Source: Thermoanaerobaculia bacterium (GTDB lineage: Bacteria; Acidobacteriota; Thermoanaerobaculia; Multivoradales; JAHEKO01). Taken from it: a stretch of DNA of 64,000 bases. The notes beneath the pieces are model-generated. The model saw only the letters and a program-made list of their open reading frames with translations, was not told the origin of the DNA and ran no database searches. Positions 1-8,202 of the stretch are shown here, one piece after another. The first letter of the stretch is position 1. Every line of letters begins with the position of its first letter. The stretch covers positions 12,262 through 76,261 of the forward strand of contig CALZKB010000002.1 of NCBI GenBank assembly GCA_945787575.1, written 5' to 3'. The position numbers and the translations under genes are program-made.

Positions 1-2
1 AA

Positions 3-890
3 GCAGCTTGCCGCGAGATCGCCGAGATCCAGGCGAAGGATCGGGCCGCGACGGCGGCACCGGCGACCGCCCGCGCGTCTCGGGTCCGCGCGGCGCCGAC
101 GATCGACCGAACGATCGATCCCCCGTCGCCTCCCGATCTCGAGCGACACGTGGCGACCCTCGACCTCGACCGGGTCTGGGAGGAGCTGAATCCCCAGATG
201 CTCTACGGCAAGCACCTCGGCCTGCGAGGGTCGGTGGCCGCTCTCGAAGCGGCCGGCGACGCCAAGCTGGCCAAGCTCCGGAAGCTCGTCGAGGAGCTCC
301 AGGAGGAGGGTCGACGAGCGGCGATGACCGCCGATGCGGTCTGGCAGTTCTTCATGGCGGAGCCCGACGGCGACCGTCTTGTGCTGCGCTGGCCGGACGG
401 CGGCAAGGCCGCCGAGTGGACCTTCCCACGCCAAGATGACGGGCGCGGGCTCTGCCTCACCGATTACGTCCTGCCGCGAGGGGATCACGTCGCGCTGTTC
501 GTGACGACGGCGGGCTCCGGCGTCCGAAAACGGGTCGAGGCTTGGAAGCGCACGGGCGAATACTTGAAGAGTCACGCCTGGGCGGCGCTCGCGCTCGAGA
601 CGGCGGAGGCGGCTGCCGAGTCGCTTCATCGCCAGCTGCGGGCCGATTGGGGTTTCTCCGACCCGCCGGACATGGCCTTGCGGGATCGGCTGGCCGCTCG
701 CTATCGTGGCAAGAGATACAGCTTTGGCTATCCGGCATGTCCCGACCTCGAGGGGCAGAGAGCACTGTTCGAGGTTCTTCGCCCCGAAACGGTGGGGGTC
801 GAGCTGACCGACGGGTTCATGATGGTCCCCGAGGCGACGGTGTCAGCCATCGTTCTTCACCACACTGAGGCAAGGTACTTTGGCGTCTAG
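3..890 (+). CDS. metH: Cobalamin-dependent methionine synthase, C-terminal AdoMet-binding reactivation domain (5' partial, enters from window start)
   Basis: Frame 3 is open from nt 3, upstream of the track's GTG at 150. The product ends ...RYSFGYPACPDLEGQRALFEVL...MVPEATVSAIVLHHTEARYFGV, matching the MetH activation-domain C-terminus (E. coli ...GYPACPEHTEK...SVSGWYFSHPDSKYYAV). Confidence 0.85.
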   Translation, partial: AACREIAEIQAKDRAATAAPATARASRVRAAPTIDRTIDPPSPPDLERHVATLDLDRVWEELNPQMLYGKHLGLRGSVAALEAAGDAKLAKLRKLVEELQEEGRRAAMTADAVWQFFMAEPDGDRLVLRWPDGGKAAEWTFPRQDDGRGLCLTDYVLPRGDHVALFVTTAGSGVRKRVEAWKRTGEYLKSHAWAALALETAEAAAESLHRQLRADWGFSDPPDMALRDRLAARYRGKRYSFGYPACPDLEGQRALFEVLRPETVGVELTDGFMMVPEATVSAIVLHHTEARYFGV

Positions 891-2001
891 CACGGACGGT
901 CGACTGCGAATGACCTACGAGCTGCGCGCCGAGTCGCCGCAGGCGGCGAGGACCTTCGCTCGGGACCTCGTCGTCGAGCAGACGGTCGAGGTCCCGGACG
1001 GATGCTATTCCGAGGAGATCGAGCGCACGGTGGTGAGCCGGATCGAAGCACTCGATTCCGCCGACGCCGGCCGCTATCGGCTCGTCGTGTCGGCCTCGCC
1101 CGACCTCGTCGGCGGGCAGATCGGACAGCTGTTGAACATTCTCTTCGGCAACATCTCGCTGTTTGGCGGGGTGCGACTGGTGGCGGTCGAGTGGCCGGCG
1201 GCGATTCTCGAGGCGCTGCCGGGCCCGACCCACGGAATCCCCGGACTCCGCCGCCGGTGTGCGGCGCCCTCGCGTCCGTTGCTGTGTACGGCCATCAAAC
1301 CGGTGGGGAAGAGCTCGGCGCAGCTCGCCGCGGACTGTGCGGCCTTTGCGCGCGGCGGAGCCGACCTGATCAAGGACGACCATTCGCTGACGGAACAGGC
1401 GACCGCGCCGTTCGCCGAGCGTGTCGCCCGCTGTCAAGAGGCGGTCGAAGAGGCGAACGCAGCGACCGGCGGCAACAGCTGGTATCTGCCGAACCTGCCA
1501 GGAGAGCCGCGACGGCTCGAAGAGCGCCTCGACCTGCTCGCGCGGGTCGGCTGCCGTGGAGTGATGGTCTCGCCGCTGCTCTTCGGGTTGGAGGCGACAG
1601 CGGACCTCGCGCGGCGACGGGAGCTCGCGATTCTCGGTCACCCGACCTTCAGCGGCGCCCTCTTCGGCGAGGACCACGGGATCGCACGCGAAGTGCTATT
1701 CGGCGAGATCTACCGGCTGCTCGGCTGCGACGGGGTGATCTACGTCAACGTCGGCGGGCGCTTCGGTTGGAGCCTCGAGGAGTGCCAGGCAGTCAACCGC
1801 GCGCTACGGGCGCGTTTGGACGACATTCTCCCGGCATTCCCGGCGCCGGCAGGGGGCGTCCAAGCCGACGAGGTCGGGCGCCATCTGGAGCGCTACGGCG
1901 CCGACACCATGATCCTCATCGGGGGCAGCCTCTATCAGCAGGGTGATCTCGAGCGGGCGACGGCGGAGCTCCTGGAGAATCTCGAGGCGGTCTCCGCGTG
2001 A
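880..2001 (+). CDS. RuBisCO-like protein (form IV RLP), not a bona fide carboxylase
   Basis: RuBisCO large-subunit active-site scaffold is present: AIKPVGKS, GGADLIKDDH (KDDH rather than KDDE), GHPTFSG, LIGGS. The N-domain is short. TTG start at 880 (alternative ATG at 910) overlaps the metH end. No small subunit or PRK nearby. Confidence 0.8.
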   Translation: MASSTDGRLRMTYELRAESPQAARTFARDLVVEQTVEVPDGCYSEEIERTVVSRIEALDSADAGRYRLVVSASPDLVGGQIGQLLNILFGNISLFGGVRLVAVEWPAAILEALPGPTHGIPGLRRRCAAPSRPLLCTAIKPVGKSSAQLAADCAAFARGGADLIKDDHSLTEQATAPFAERVARCQEAVEEANAATGGNSWYLPNLPGEPRRLEERLDLLARVGCRGVMVSPLLFGLEATADLARRRELAILGHPTFSGALFGEDHGIAREVLFGEIYRLLGCDGVIYVNVGGRFGWSLEECQAVNRALRARLDDILPAFPAPAGGVQADEVGRHLERYGADTMILIGGSLYQQGDLERATAELLENLEAVSA

Positions 2002-2387
2002 AGTCCCGAGTCCTACGGAGCCGAGGATTCCGCTGGCAGGGGATCGAACGGAGGGCGTACCGGGAAACCGACGCGGAGACGTTCCGAGGGATCACCCGGC
2101 AGACCCTGTTCGGCGGTGACGCCGCGGGTCTGTCTTCCGAGGCGCGCTACTTCGAGATCGAGCCCGGGGGCTTCTCGAGCTGCGAGTCGCACGCCCATGC
2201 TCACCTGGTCATCGTGCTACGAGGCCGGGGAACGGTTCGGCTCGACGACGAGAGGTTCGAGATCGAGCCGTTCGACTGCGTCCACGTCTCGCCCCACGCG
2301 GTTCACCAGTTCCGGGCGGGCGACGAGCCGCTTGGTTTCCTCTGCGTCGTCGATCGAGAGCGCGATCGACCGCGCCCTTGCGAGTGA
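1998..2387 (+). CDS. Small cupin-domain protein
   Basis: 129 aa with cupin metal motif ESHAHAHLVIVLRGRG ... VHVSPHAVHQF. GTG start overlaps the RLP stop (GTGA, 1998-2001). Confidence 0.7.
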   Translation: MKSRVLRSRGFRWQGIERRAYRETDAETFRGITRQTLFGGDAAGLSSEARYFEIEPGGFSSCESHAHAHLVIVLRGRGTVRLDDERFEIEPFDCVHVSPHAVHQFRAGDEPLGFLCVVDRERDRPRPCE

Positions 2388-2409
2388 TCTGAAGCCCTCG
2401 TGTTCGGCT

Positions 2410-2446
2410 CCATGGCCGGCTTCGGCGGCCATGGGCTCTCTTTCTC
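2410..2446 (+). terminator. Candidate intrinsic terminator after the cupin gene
   Basis: Perfect 9-bp stem CCATGGCCG (2410-2418) / CGGCCATGG (2426-2434) with a 7-nt loop, followed by the T-rich GCTCTCTTTCTC. It lies between convergent genes. Confidence 0.45.
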
Positions 2447-2518
2447 GAGGTCGGCCTCCGGCGACCTGACCGGGGGCACGGGTCCCCCGACTGCGGGTCG
2501 AGAAGCCTACGATGGGGG

Positions 2519-3601
2519 CTAGTCTCTGCCGCTGTTCCCGGCTCGGGCGAGGGCCTCGCGCACGACCTCGTCGGCCTCGTAAGGGAGGAGGACGAGTCTG
2601 CGGCTCCCGATGCGAAGCCAGAGCCATTCGAGCTGCGCGTCGCGGGCTTCCGGCTCGGCGGTCAGGATGGCGGCCAGCCGCTGGCTGCCGTCGAGGCCAC
2701 TCGCGAAGTCACGCACGGGGTGCGGAACCTCTCGGAGGGCCGCTTCGTCCCCGTGATCGAGCCACACACCGTACATTTGCCCGAGCGCGGCCATCGGCAT
2801 CGGAACCGAAGTACCGATCGTCGCTCTTCGCTCGTCCTGGATGCGGTCGAGCATGATGTCGAGCAGCGAGAGGGTCACGGTATCGGGCGCCGGCTCGCCC
2901 ATCCGATCGATCGCGACCACCTTCTTTTGGATGAGGACGTCGACCTCCGCGAGAAACTGGGAATACCCGCCGCCGGTCGCTTCATGAAGCTCGAGAAGGG
3001 TGAGATCGGGCTGGAACACGCCGGTGATGCGGTGGCCGAGCTGGTTCAGGTCGTCGCCGGGCCAGGCCGAGCCTCGCTTGAGCACCACCCCATCATGGGG
3101 CAATCGGGCGCGGATCCGGCCGACTTCGTCGATCTGCCGAACCCCCTCGAGCAGCAGTCCGATCGGATCGATCGGCTCGATCTCGATCTTGGCGTCCGGC
3201 GGGACGTCGTCGAGAAGGAAGAACACCCCTCGTGGCCACAGAAAGATGTCGATGATCGCCTGCTCCGTCTGCTCCCGCAGCGTCCGCGCGACCTCGTCCC
3301 GATCGAGGATTTCGAGGTCGACCAGCGCCTCGCCCAGCCGGAGCCCGGAGTCGCTCTCGTCACAAGCGGAGAGCGCCATCAAGAGCTCGTGCTCCTTGAC
3401 GTATCCGCGGGCGAGGAGGAACTGCCCGTAGAAGTCGAAGCGCTCGTTCGACAGACAGCCTACGATGCCACCGTCGCGCAGTAGGATTCGCTTCTCGCGT
3501 GAGCTGCGCCGGACCGCCAGGGTTCCGGTGATTCGGTCGTTGTGAGCCCACTGCAGGAGATCCGCCGGGGGGAACGCCTTGAGCAAGCCTGACATCTGCA
3601 T
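2519..3601 (-). CDS. DUF4388 (PATAN-like) domain protein, paralogue 1
   Basis: N-terminus MQMSGLLKAFPPADLLQWAHNDRITGTLAVRR...ILLRDGGIVGC fits the DUF4388 pattern (G.L..f...dLLQ.l....tG.L.v). It is homologous over ~200 aa to 25736..26830. Confidence 0.7.
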   Translation of the reverse strand: MQMSGLLKAFPPADLLQWAHNDRITGTLAVRRSSREKRILLRDGGIVGCLSNERFDFYGQFLLARGYVKEHELLMALSACDESDSGLRLGEALVDLEILDRDEVARTLREQTEQAIIDIFLWPRGVFFLLDDVPPDAKIEIEPIDPIGLLLEGVRQIDEVGRIRARLPHDGVVLKRGSAWPGDDLNQLGHRITGVFQPDLTLLELHEATGGGYSQFLAEVDVLIQKKVVAIDRMGEPAPDTVTLSLLDIMLDRIQDERRATIGTSVPMPMAALGQMYGVWLDHGDEAALREVPHPVRDFASGLDGSQRLAAILTAEPEARDAQLEWLWLRIGSRRLVLLPYEADEVVREALARAGNSGRD

Positions 3602-3688
3602 TACGAGGACCTCGTGGGCTCCGAGAGTGCGGTCGGTGCACGTTCACCTCCGAAGAAGCAAGCGATGACCGGCCTCTAGCTTACTCTG

Positions 3689-5605
3689 TCAAGTGGCCAA
3701 CTCGGCCAGCTTCTCCTCGACGCTCTCCCATTCGGTCATCAGCCGCTCGATCTCGGCCGACAGTCTCTTCTGCTCCTCCTCGAGCTTGCGCACCTTCGCC
3801 TTGGGGGTTCGGTCGAAGTAGGTCGGATCGCAGAAAGTCTCGTTGATCTCGTGAATTCGGGCCTCGGCGCGCTCGACAGCCTCGGTGAGCCGATCACGCT
3901 CCCGCTCGAGCGCGGAGAGGCTCTTGTCTGTGCCGGCGCCGCCGCGCCCCTTGGCTTTACGAGCCCGGTTCTGCTTGCGCGCCTGTCGTAGCACCACTTC
4001 AGCATCGAGGTGATCGTCCCCGCAGCGCTCCACGTACTCGTCATAGCTGCCCACGAAACTCTCGATGCCGTCCGGCCGGATCTCTAGAATCCGGGTCGCG
4101 AGCCGCGAAACGAACCAGCGGTCATGGGAGACGAGAATGAGGGTGCCGTCGTATCTCTCGAGCGCGTCGACGAGCGCCTCGATCGCCTCGAGGTCGAGAT
4201 GGTTGGTCGGTTCGTCGAGGGCGAGAACGTTGGGCTTCTCGAGGCCGAGACGGGCGAAGATCAGGCGTGCGGCTTCGCCGCCCGACAGCGCTGAGAGTCT
4301 CTTCTCGACCTCCTCCTTGGAAAACAGCACCTGTGCCAGGCGGTTGCGCACGAAACCGACGGACTCTCCGGGGCAGCTGTCCCACAGCCACGACTCGACC
4401 GTCTGGTCGGAGCCGTCGAGCAGTTCCCGGTGATCCTGGGCAAAGTAGCCGGGGTGAGTCTCGTGCCCCCACTCGATTCCGCCGGCGTCGGCCTCGAGCC
4501 TGCCGAGCAGGATCTTCAGGAGGGTCGACTTGCCGATGCCGTTCGGTCCTATGATCGCGATGCGGTCGCCGCGCTGTACCGTCAACGACACGTTGGCGAG
4601 GACCTGGTTGTCGCCGAACGCCTTGGAGAGCCCCTCGATCTCCAGCACCTGTTTTCCGCTCGGGCGACGAGCCTCGAAACCGAAATTCGGGTAGCGCCGC
4701 GAGCTTTGCGGCAGGCGCTCCATCGCGTCGGCCTTCTTCTCGATGAGGCGTAGCTTGCTTTGTGCCTGCCTCGCCTTCGTCGCCTTCGCCCTGAATCGTT
4801 CGACGAACGCAGCGTGGTGTGCGATCTCCTTCTGTTGTCGGGCGATCTCCTTCTCCTTGCGCTCGCGATCGGCCACCTTGGCGTTGGCGAAGGAGCTGTA
4901 GTCGCCGGTGTAGAGAGTGACCGTCTCGTAATCGACGTCGAGGATATTGGTGCAGACGTTGTCGAGGAACCGATGGTCGTGGGAGATCACGACGACGAGA
5001 CCCGGGAACTGCTGGAGGAACTTCTCGAGCCAGCGGATCGAGAGGATGTCGAGATGGTTGGTCGGCTCGTCGAGCAGCAAGGCGTCGGGCCTCGATGCCA
5101 GCGCCTGGGCGAGGAGCACCCGCAGTCTGAACCCTCCGGAGAGGGTCGACATCGGATCCCGGTGATGGGCGCTCGCGATTCCGAGTCCCTCGAGGATCTC
5201 ACCGGCCTGCGCCTCGGCGGCGTACCCGTCGTGTCGGACGATCACTTCTTCGACCGCTGAGTAGCGCTCGGCGTCGAACTCGGTCTCGGCGTTGGCGAGG
5301 ATCTCTTCTTTCTCGACCATCGCGATCCACAGCTCCGGGTTGCCACGAAGCACGACGTCGAGGATCGGCACCTCCTCGTACTGGAAGTGGTCCTGGCTCA
5401 ACACGCCGAGGCGCAGCTTCTTGGGGATCGAGACGATGCCGTCGCTGGCCGGCTCTTCGCCCGACAGGATGCGAAGTAGGGTGGATTTCCCCGATCCGTT
5501 GGCGCCCACCAGCCCGTACCGGTTGCCCGGGGAGAGCTGGAACCGCGAGCATCGAGGCGCGAAGATAGCATGACCAGGGATCCTCTCGAGAGATCGCCAC
5601 CGCAT
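3689..5605 (-). CDS. ABC-F family ATPase (two ABC cassettes, C-terminal coiled coil; Uup/YheS-like)
   Basis: Two Walker A motifs (GANGSGKST, GPNGIGKST), two signature motifs (LSGGFR, LSGGEA), two Walker B motifs (LLLDEPTNHLD, LALDEPTNHLD), a charged inter-domain linker, and a basic/acidic coiled-coil tail. No TM domain. Exact start is uncertain. Confidence 0.85.
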   Translation of the reverse strand: MRWRSLERIPGHAIFAPRCSRFQLSPGNRYGLVGANGSGKSTLLRILSGEEPASDGIVSIPKKLRLGVLSQDHFQYEEVPILDVVLRGNPELWIAMVEKEEILANAETEFDAERYSAVEEVIVRHDGYAAEAQAGEILEGLGIASAHHRDPMSTLSGGFRLRVLLAQALASRPDALLLDEPTNHLDILSIRWLEKFLQQFPGLVVVISHDHRFLDNVCTNILDVDYETVTLYTGDYSSFANAKVADRERKEKEIARQQKEIAHHAAFVERFRAKATKARQAQSKLRLIEKKADAMERLPQSSRRYPNFGFEARRPSGKQVLEIEGLSKAFGDNQVLANVSLTVQRGDRIAIIGPNGIGKSTLLKILLGRLEADAGGIEWGHETHPGYFAQDHRELLDGSDQTVESWLWDSCPGESVGFVRNRLAQVLFSKEEVEKRLSALSGGEAARLIFARLGLEKPNVLALDEPTNHLDLEAIEALVDALERYDGTLILVSHDRWFVSRLATRILEIRPDGIESFVGSYDEYVERCGDDHLDAEVVLRQARKQNRARKAKGRGGAGTDKSLSALERERDRLTEAVERAEARIHEINETFCDPTYFDRTPKAKVRKLEEEQKRLSAEIERLMTEWESVEEKLAELAT

Positions 5606-5698
5606 TGCGCGGCGGGCCTCGCGATGCGGTCCGACTGGCCCGCAGGTTGCAGGAGCAGCTGGAGTCTGGAAGGTAGCTCGGAAAGAGTGGCTCGGAAG

Positions 5699-8077
5699 AT
5701 GGCACGCAAGCCCAAGCCTCGCGCCAGCCGCCGCGGCAGACGCAAGTCAGCGCTCCTCGGGACGGTTGGGGTCGTGCTGGTGGTTGCCGTCGTGTGGCTG
5801 ATCTGGCCGTTCTGGCACCTCGCCGGCCAGTTCGCGGATCGAGCGCTCGAACAGCCGTCCCGGCTCTATGGTGCACCCGACCTGCTCACTCTCGGCGAGC
5901 GCGGCTCGGCGGCCGAGCTGCTCCAGGAACTCGAGGGTGGCAACTACCGACCGGCCTCCGGTGCCGCCCCCGCGGTGGGAGAGTTCGAAGTCATCGAGGG
6001 CGGCGTGCGCATCCATCTGCGGAGCACGCCGACTGCCGGGGGGTGGCGCGAGGCAGGGCGGGCGGAGGTTCTCTTCTCCGGCGGAAGGATCGCGAGTCTG
6101 TCGTGGGCCGGCGCGGAGGTCCCGGAGCTCTCCCTCGAGGCGCCGCTCGTCGCTTCGTACTATGGCGCCGACCGCCGGGAGCGCCGCCCGGCTCGGCTCG
6201 AGGATCTACCCGAAGAGCTGACCCGAGCGGTTCTCGCCGCCGAGGACGCGCGCTTCTTCGACCACCGAGGCCTCTCACCCCGCGGCATGCTGCGCGCTCT
6301 TTGGGTCAATATCCGCGAGGGTGGAGTGCGGCAGGGTGGCAGCACCCTGACTCAGCAGCTGGTGAAGAATCTCTTCCTTACCCATGAGCGCACCCTCGGC
6401 CGCAAGCTCCGGGAGATGGTGCTGGCGGTCCTCGTGGACTGGCGCTACTCGAAGCCGGCGATTCTTGGCGCCTATCTCAACGAGATCTACTGGGGGGAGT
6501 GGAACGGAGCCAACGTGATGGGGGTCGGCGCCGCGGCGATGGCCTACTTCGGCAAGGATCCGACGCGGTTGACCCTGTGCGAGGCGACCGTCCTCGCCGG
6601 CATGATCCACTCGCCGGGGAGCTACGATCCGGCGAGACATCCCGAGCGCGCCCGCGAACGCCGCGACTGGGTGCTCGATCGGATGGCAGACCTCGATTGG
6701 CTCACCGCCGAGCGGGCGGCGAGAGCCAAGCGACAGCCGCTGTGCCACGCACCGGGCCGCAAGCCGGTCGGCGGTGCCCGCTACTTCCGTGATCGGGTTC
6801 GCGGCGAAGCCGGAGACCGTTTCGGTATCCGGGAGCTCGACGACGCCGGGTACACGATTCTTTCGACTCTCGACCCGCGCGCTCAGGGGATCGGCGAGGA
6901 GGCCGTCGAGTGGGGAGTCGAAGCGCTCGAGCAGGGTTGGGAGAAGGGGCGAGACCGATCGACGCCGCTGCAAGCGGCCCTCATCTCGATCGACCCTGCG
7001 ACCGGCGAGGTGCGCGCTTACGTCGGCGGCCGCGACTACCGAGCCAGTCAGTTCGATCGCGCCGGCTCGGCCCGACGCCAGGCCGGCAGCGCCTTCAAGC
7101 CGGTGGTGTACGCCGCGGCCTTCGACCAGGGAGCGGTGCCGGCCGACCTGCTCGCCGACGAGCCGCTCAGCGTCGAGGTCGCCGGGTCTGGGACATGGAC
7201 CCCGCAAAACAGCGACGACAAGTTCCGGGGTCTGGTGACCGCGCGGCGGGCGCTCGAAGAGAGTCTCAACGTGCCGACGGCGCGACTCGCCCTCCAGGTT
7301 GGCCTCGACGAGATCGCGGCGATGACGACGAGGCTCGGTGTCGACCGTCGGCTGAACCGGGTGCCGTCGATGGCGCTGGGTGCTCTCGAGGTTACACCGC
7401 TCGAGCTAGCGACCGTCTACACGACGCTCGCCGCCGGAGGGGTGCGGCGTCAGCCGCACTTCGTTACCGCAGTACTCGGACCGACCGGTGACCCGGTGGC
7501 CGGCCGCCCGCTACCGACGCCCGAGGAGGCGCTCTCGCCCGAGGACGCCTACCTCGTCACCTCGGTGCTGGAGGGGGTGTTCGATCGAGGTACCGCCAAG
7601 GTCGTTCGACAGTGGGGGATGGTCGATCGTCTGGCGGGCAAGACCGGCACCACCAACGATCGGCGAGACAGCTGGTTCGCCGGCTATTCGCCGGATCGGG
7701 CGACATTGGTCTGGGTCGGCTACGACGACAACGCCACGACCCGCCTGTCGGGTTCACGGGCCGCGCTCCCGATCTGGAATCGGTTCACTTGGCGGCTGAG
7801 GCCCGCGGGCGGTTACCGCCCGATGCGTCCGCCACGAGGGATCACGACCGCCACCGTCGACCCCTTGTCCGGCGAGCTGGCGATCAGCCGCTGCCCGACC
7901 TACGCCACCGAGCTGTTTCCGCGCGATCGGGTCCCGACCGAGATCTGTCATCTTCACGCCGGCCCGTTGGACCGCAGAGTACTTCGCGCCGAGGCGCGGG
8001 CGCGCGAACGTGAGGGGCGGTTCAAGCGGTGGCTCGATCGAGTGTTCAAGAAGCGGCGCGACGAGCCTCCCGACTGA
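5699..8077 (+). CDS. Bifunctional class A penicillin-binding protein (GT51 glycosyltransferase + transpeptidase), PBP1A family
   Basis: GT51 motifs EDARFFDHRG and RQGGSTLTQQLVKN. Transpeptidase motifs SAFKP (SxxK) and KTGTTND (KTG). ATG at 5699 (MARKPKPR..., followed by a TM segment) is preferred over the track start 5570, which overlaps the divergent ABC-F gene. Confidence 0.9.
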   Translation: MARKPKPRASRRGRRKSALLGTVGVVLVVAVVWLIWPFWHLAGQFADRALEQPSRLYGAPDLLTLGERGSAAELLQELEGGNYRPASGAAPAVGEFEVIEGGVRIHLRSTPTAGGWREAGRAEVLFSGGRIASLSWAGAEVPELSLEAPLVASYYGADRRERRPARLEDLPEELTRAVLAAEDARFFDHRGLSPRGMLRALWVNIREGGVRQGGSTLTQQLVKNLFLTHERTLGRKLREMVLAVLVDWRYSKPAILGAYLNEIYWGEWNGANVMGVGAAAMAYFGKDPTRLTLCEATVLAGMIHSPGSYDPARHPERARERRDWVLDRMADLDWLTAERAARAKRQPLCHAPGRKPVGGARYFRDRVRGEAGDRFGIRELDDAGYTILSTLDPRAQGIGEEAVEWGVEALEQGWEKGRDRSTPLQAALISIDPATGEVRAYVGGRDYRASQFDRAGSARRQAGSAFKPVVYAAAFDQGAVPADLLADEPLSVEVAGSGTWTPQNSDDKFRGLVTARRALEESLNVPTARLALQVGLDEIAAMTTRLGVDRRLNRVPSMALGALEVTPLELATVYTTLAAGGVRRQPHFVTAVLGPTGDPVAGRPLPTPEEALSPEDAYLVTSVLEGVFDRGTAKVVRQWGMVDRLAGKTGTTNDRRDSWFAGYSPDRATLVWVGYDDNATTRLSGSRAALPIWNRFTWRLRPAGGYRPMRPPRGITTATVDPLSGELAISRCPTYATELFPRDRVPTEICHLHAGPLDRRVLRAEARAREREGRFKRWLDRVFKKRRDEPPD

Positions 8078-8202
8078 TCCGATCCTTCGAGCTCGAAGAA
8101 CCGCCGACGGGGCCGAGGCTCGAGTCTCTCTCGCTCACGATATGCTGGCGAGCTGCCCACCCGGGCCGTGCCGCGGCGGGGTCAGCCGTACGCTCGAAGA
8201 CG

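Noticed and set aside
880-2001. Bona fide RuBisCO (CO2 fixation)
   Set aside because: The N-domain is shortened and KDDH replaces KDDE. No small subunit, PRK or carboxysome genes are present, and the cupin/metH context points to an RLP.
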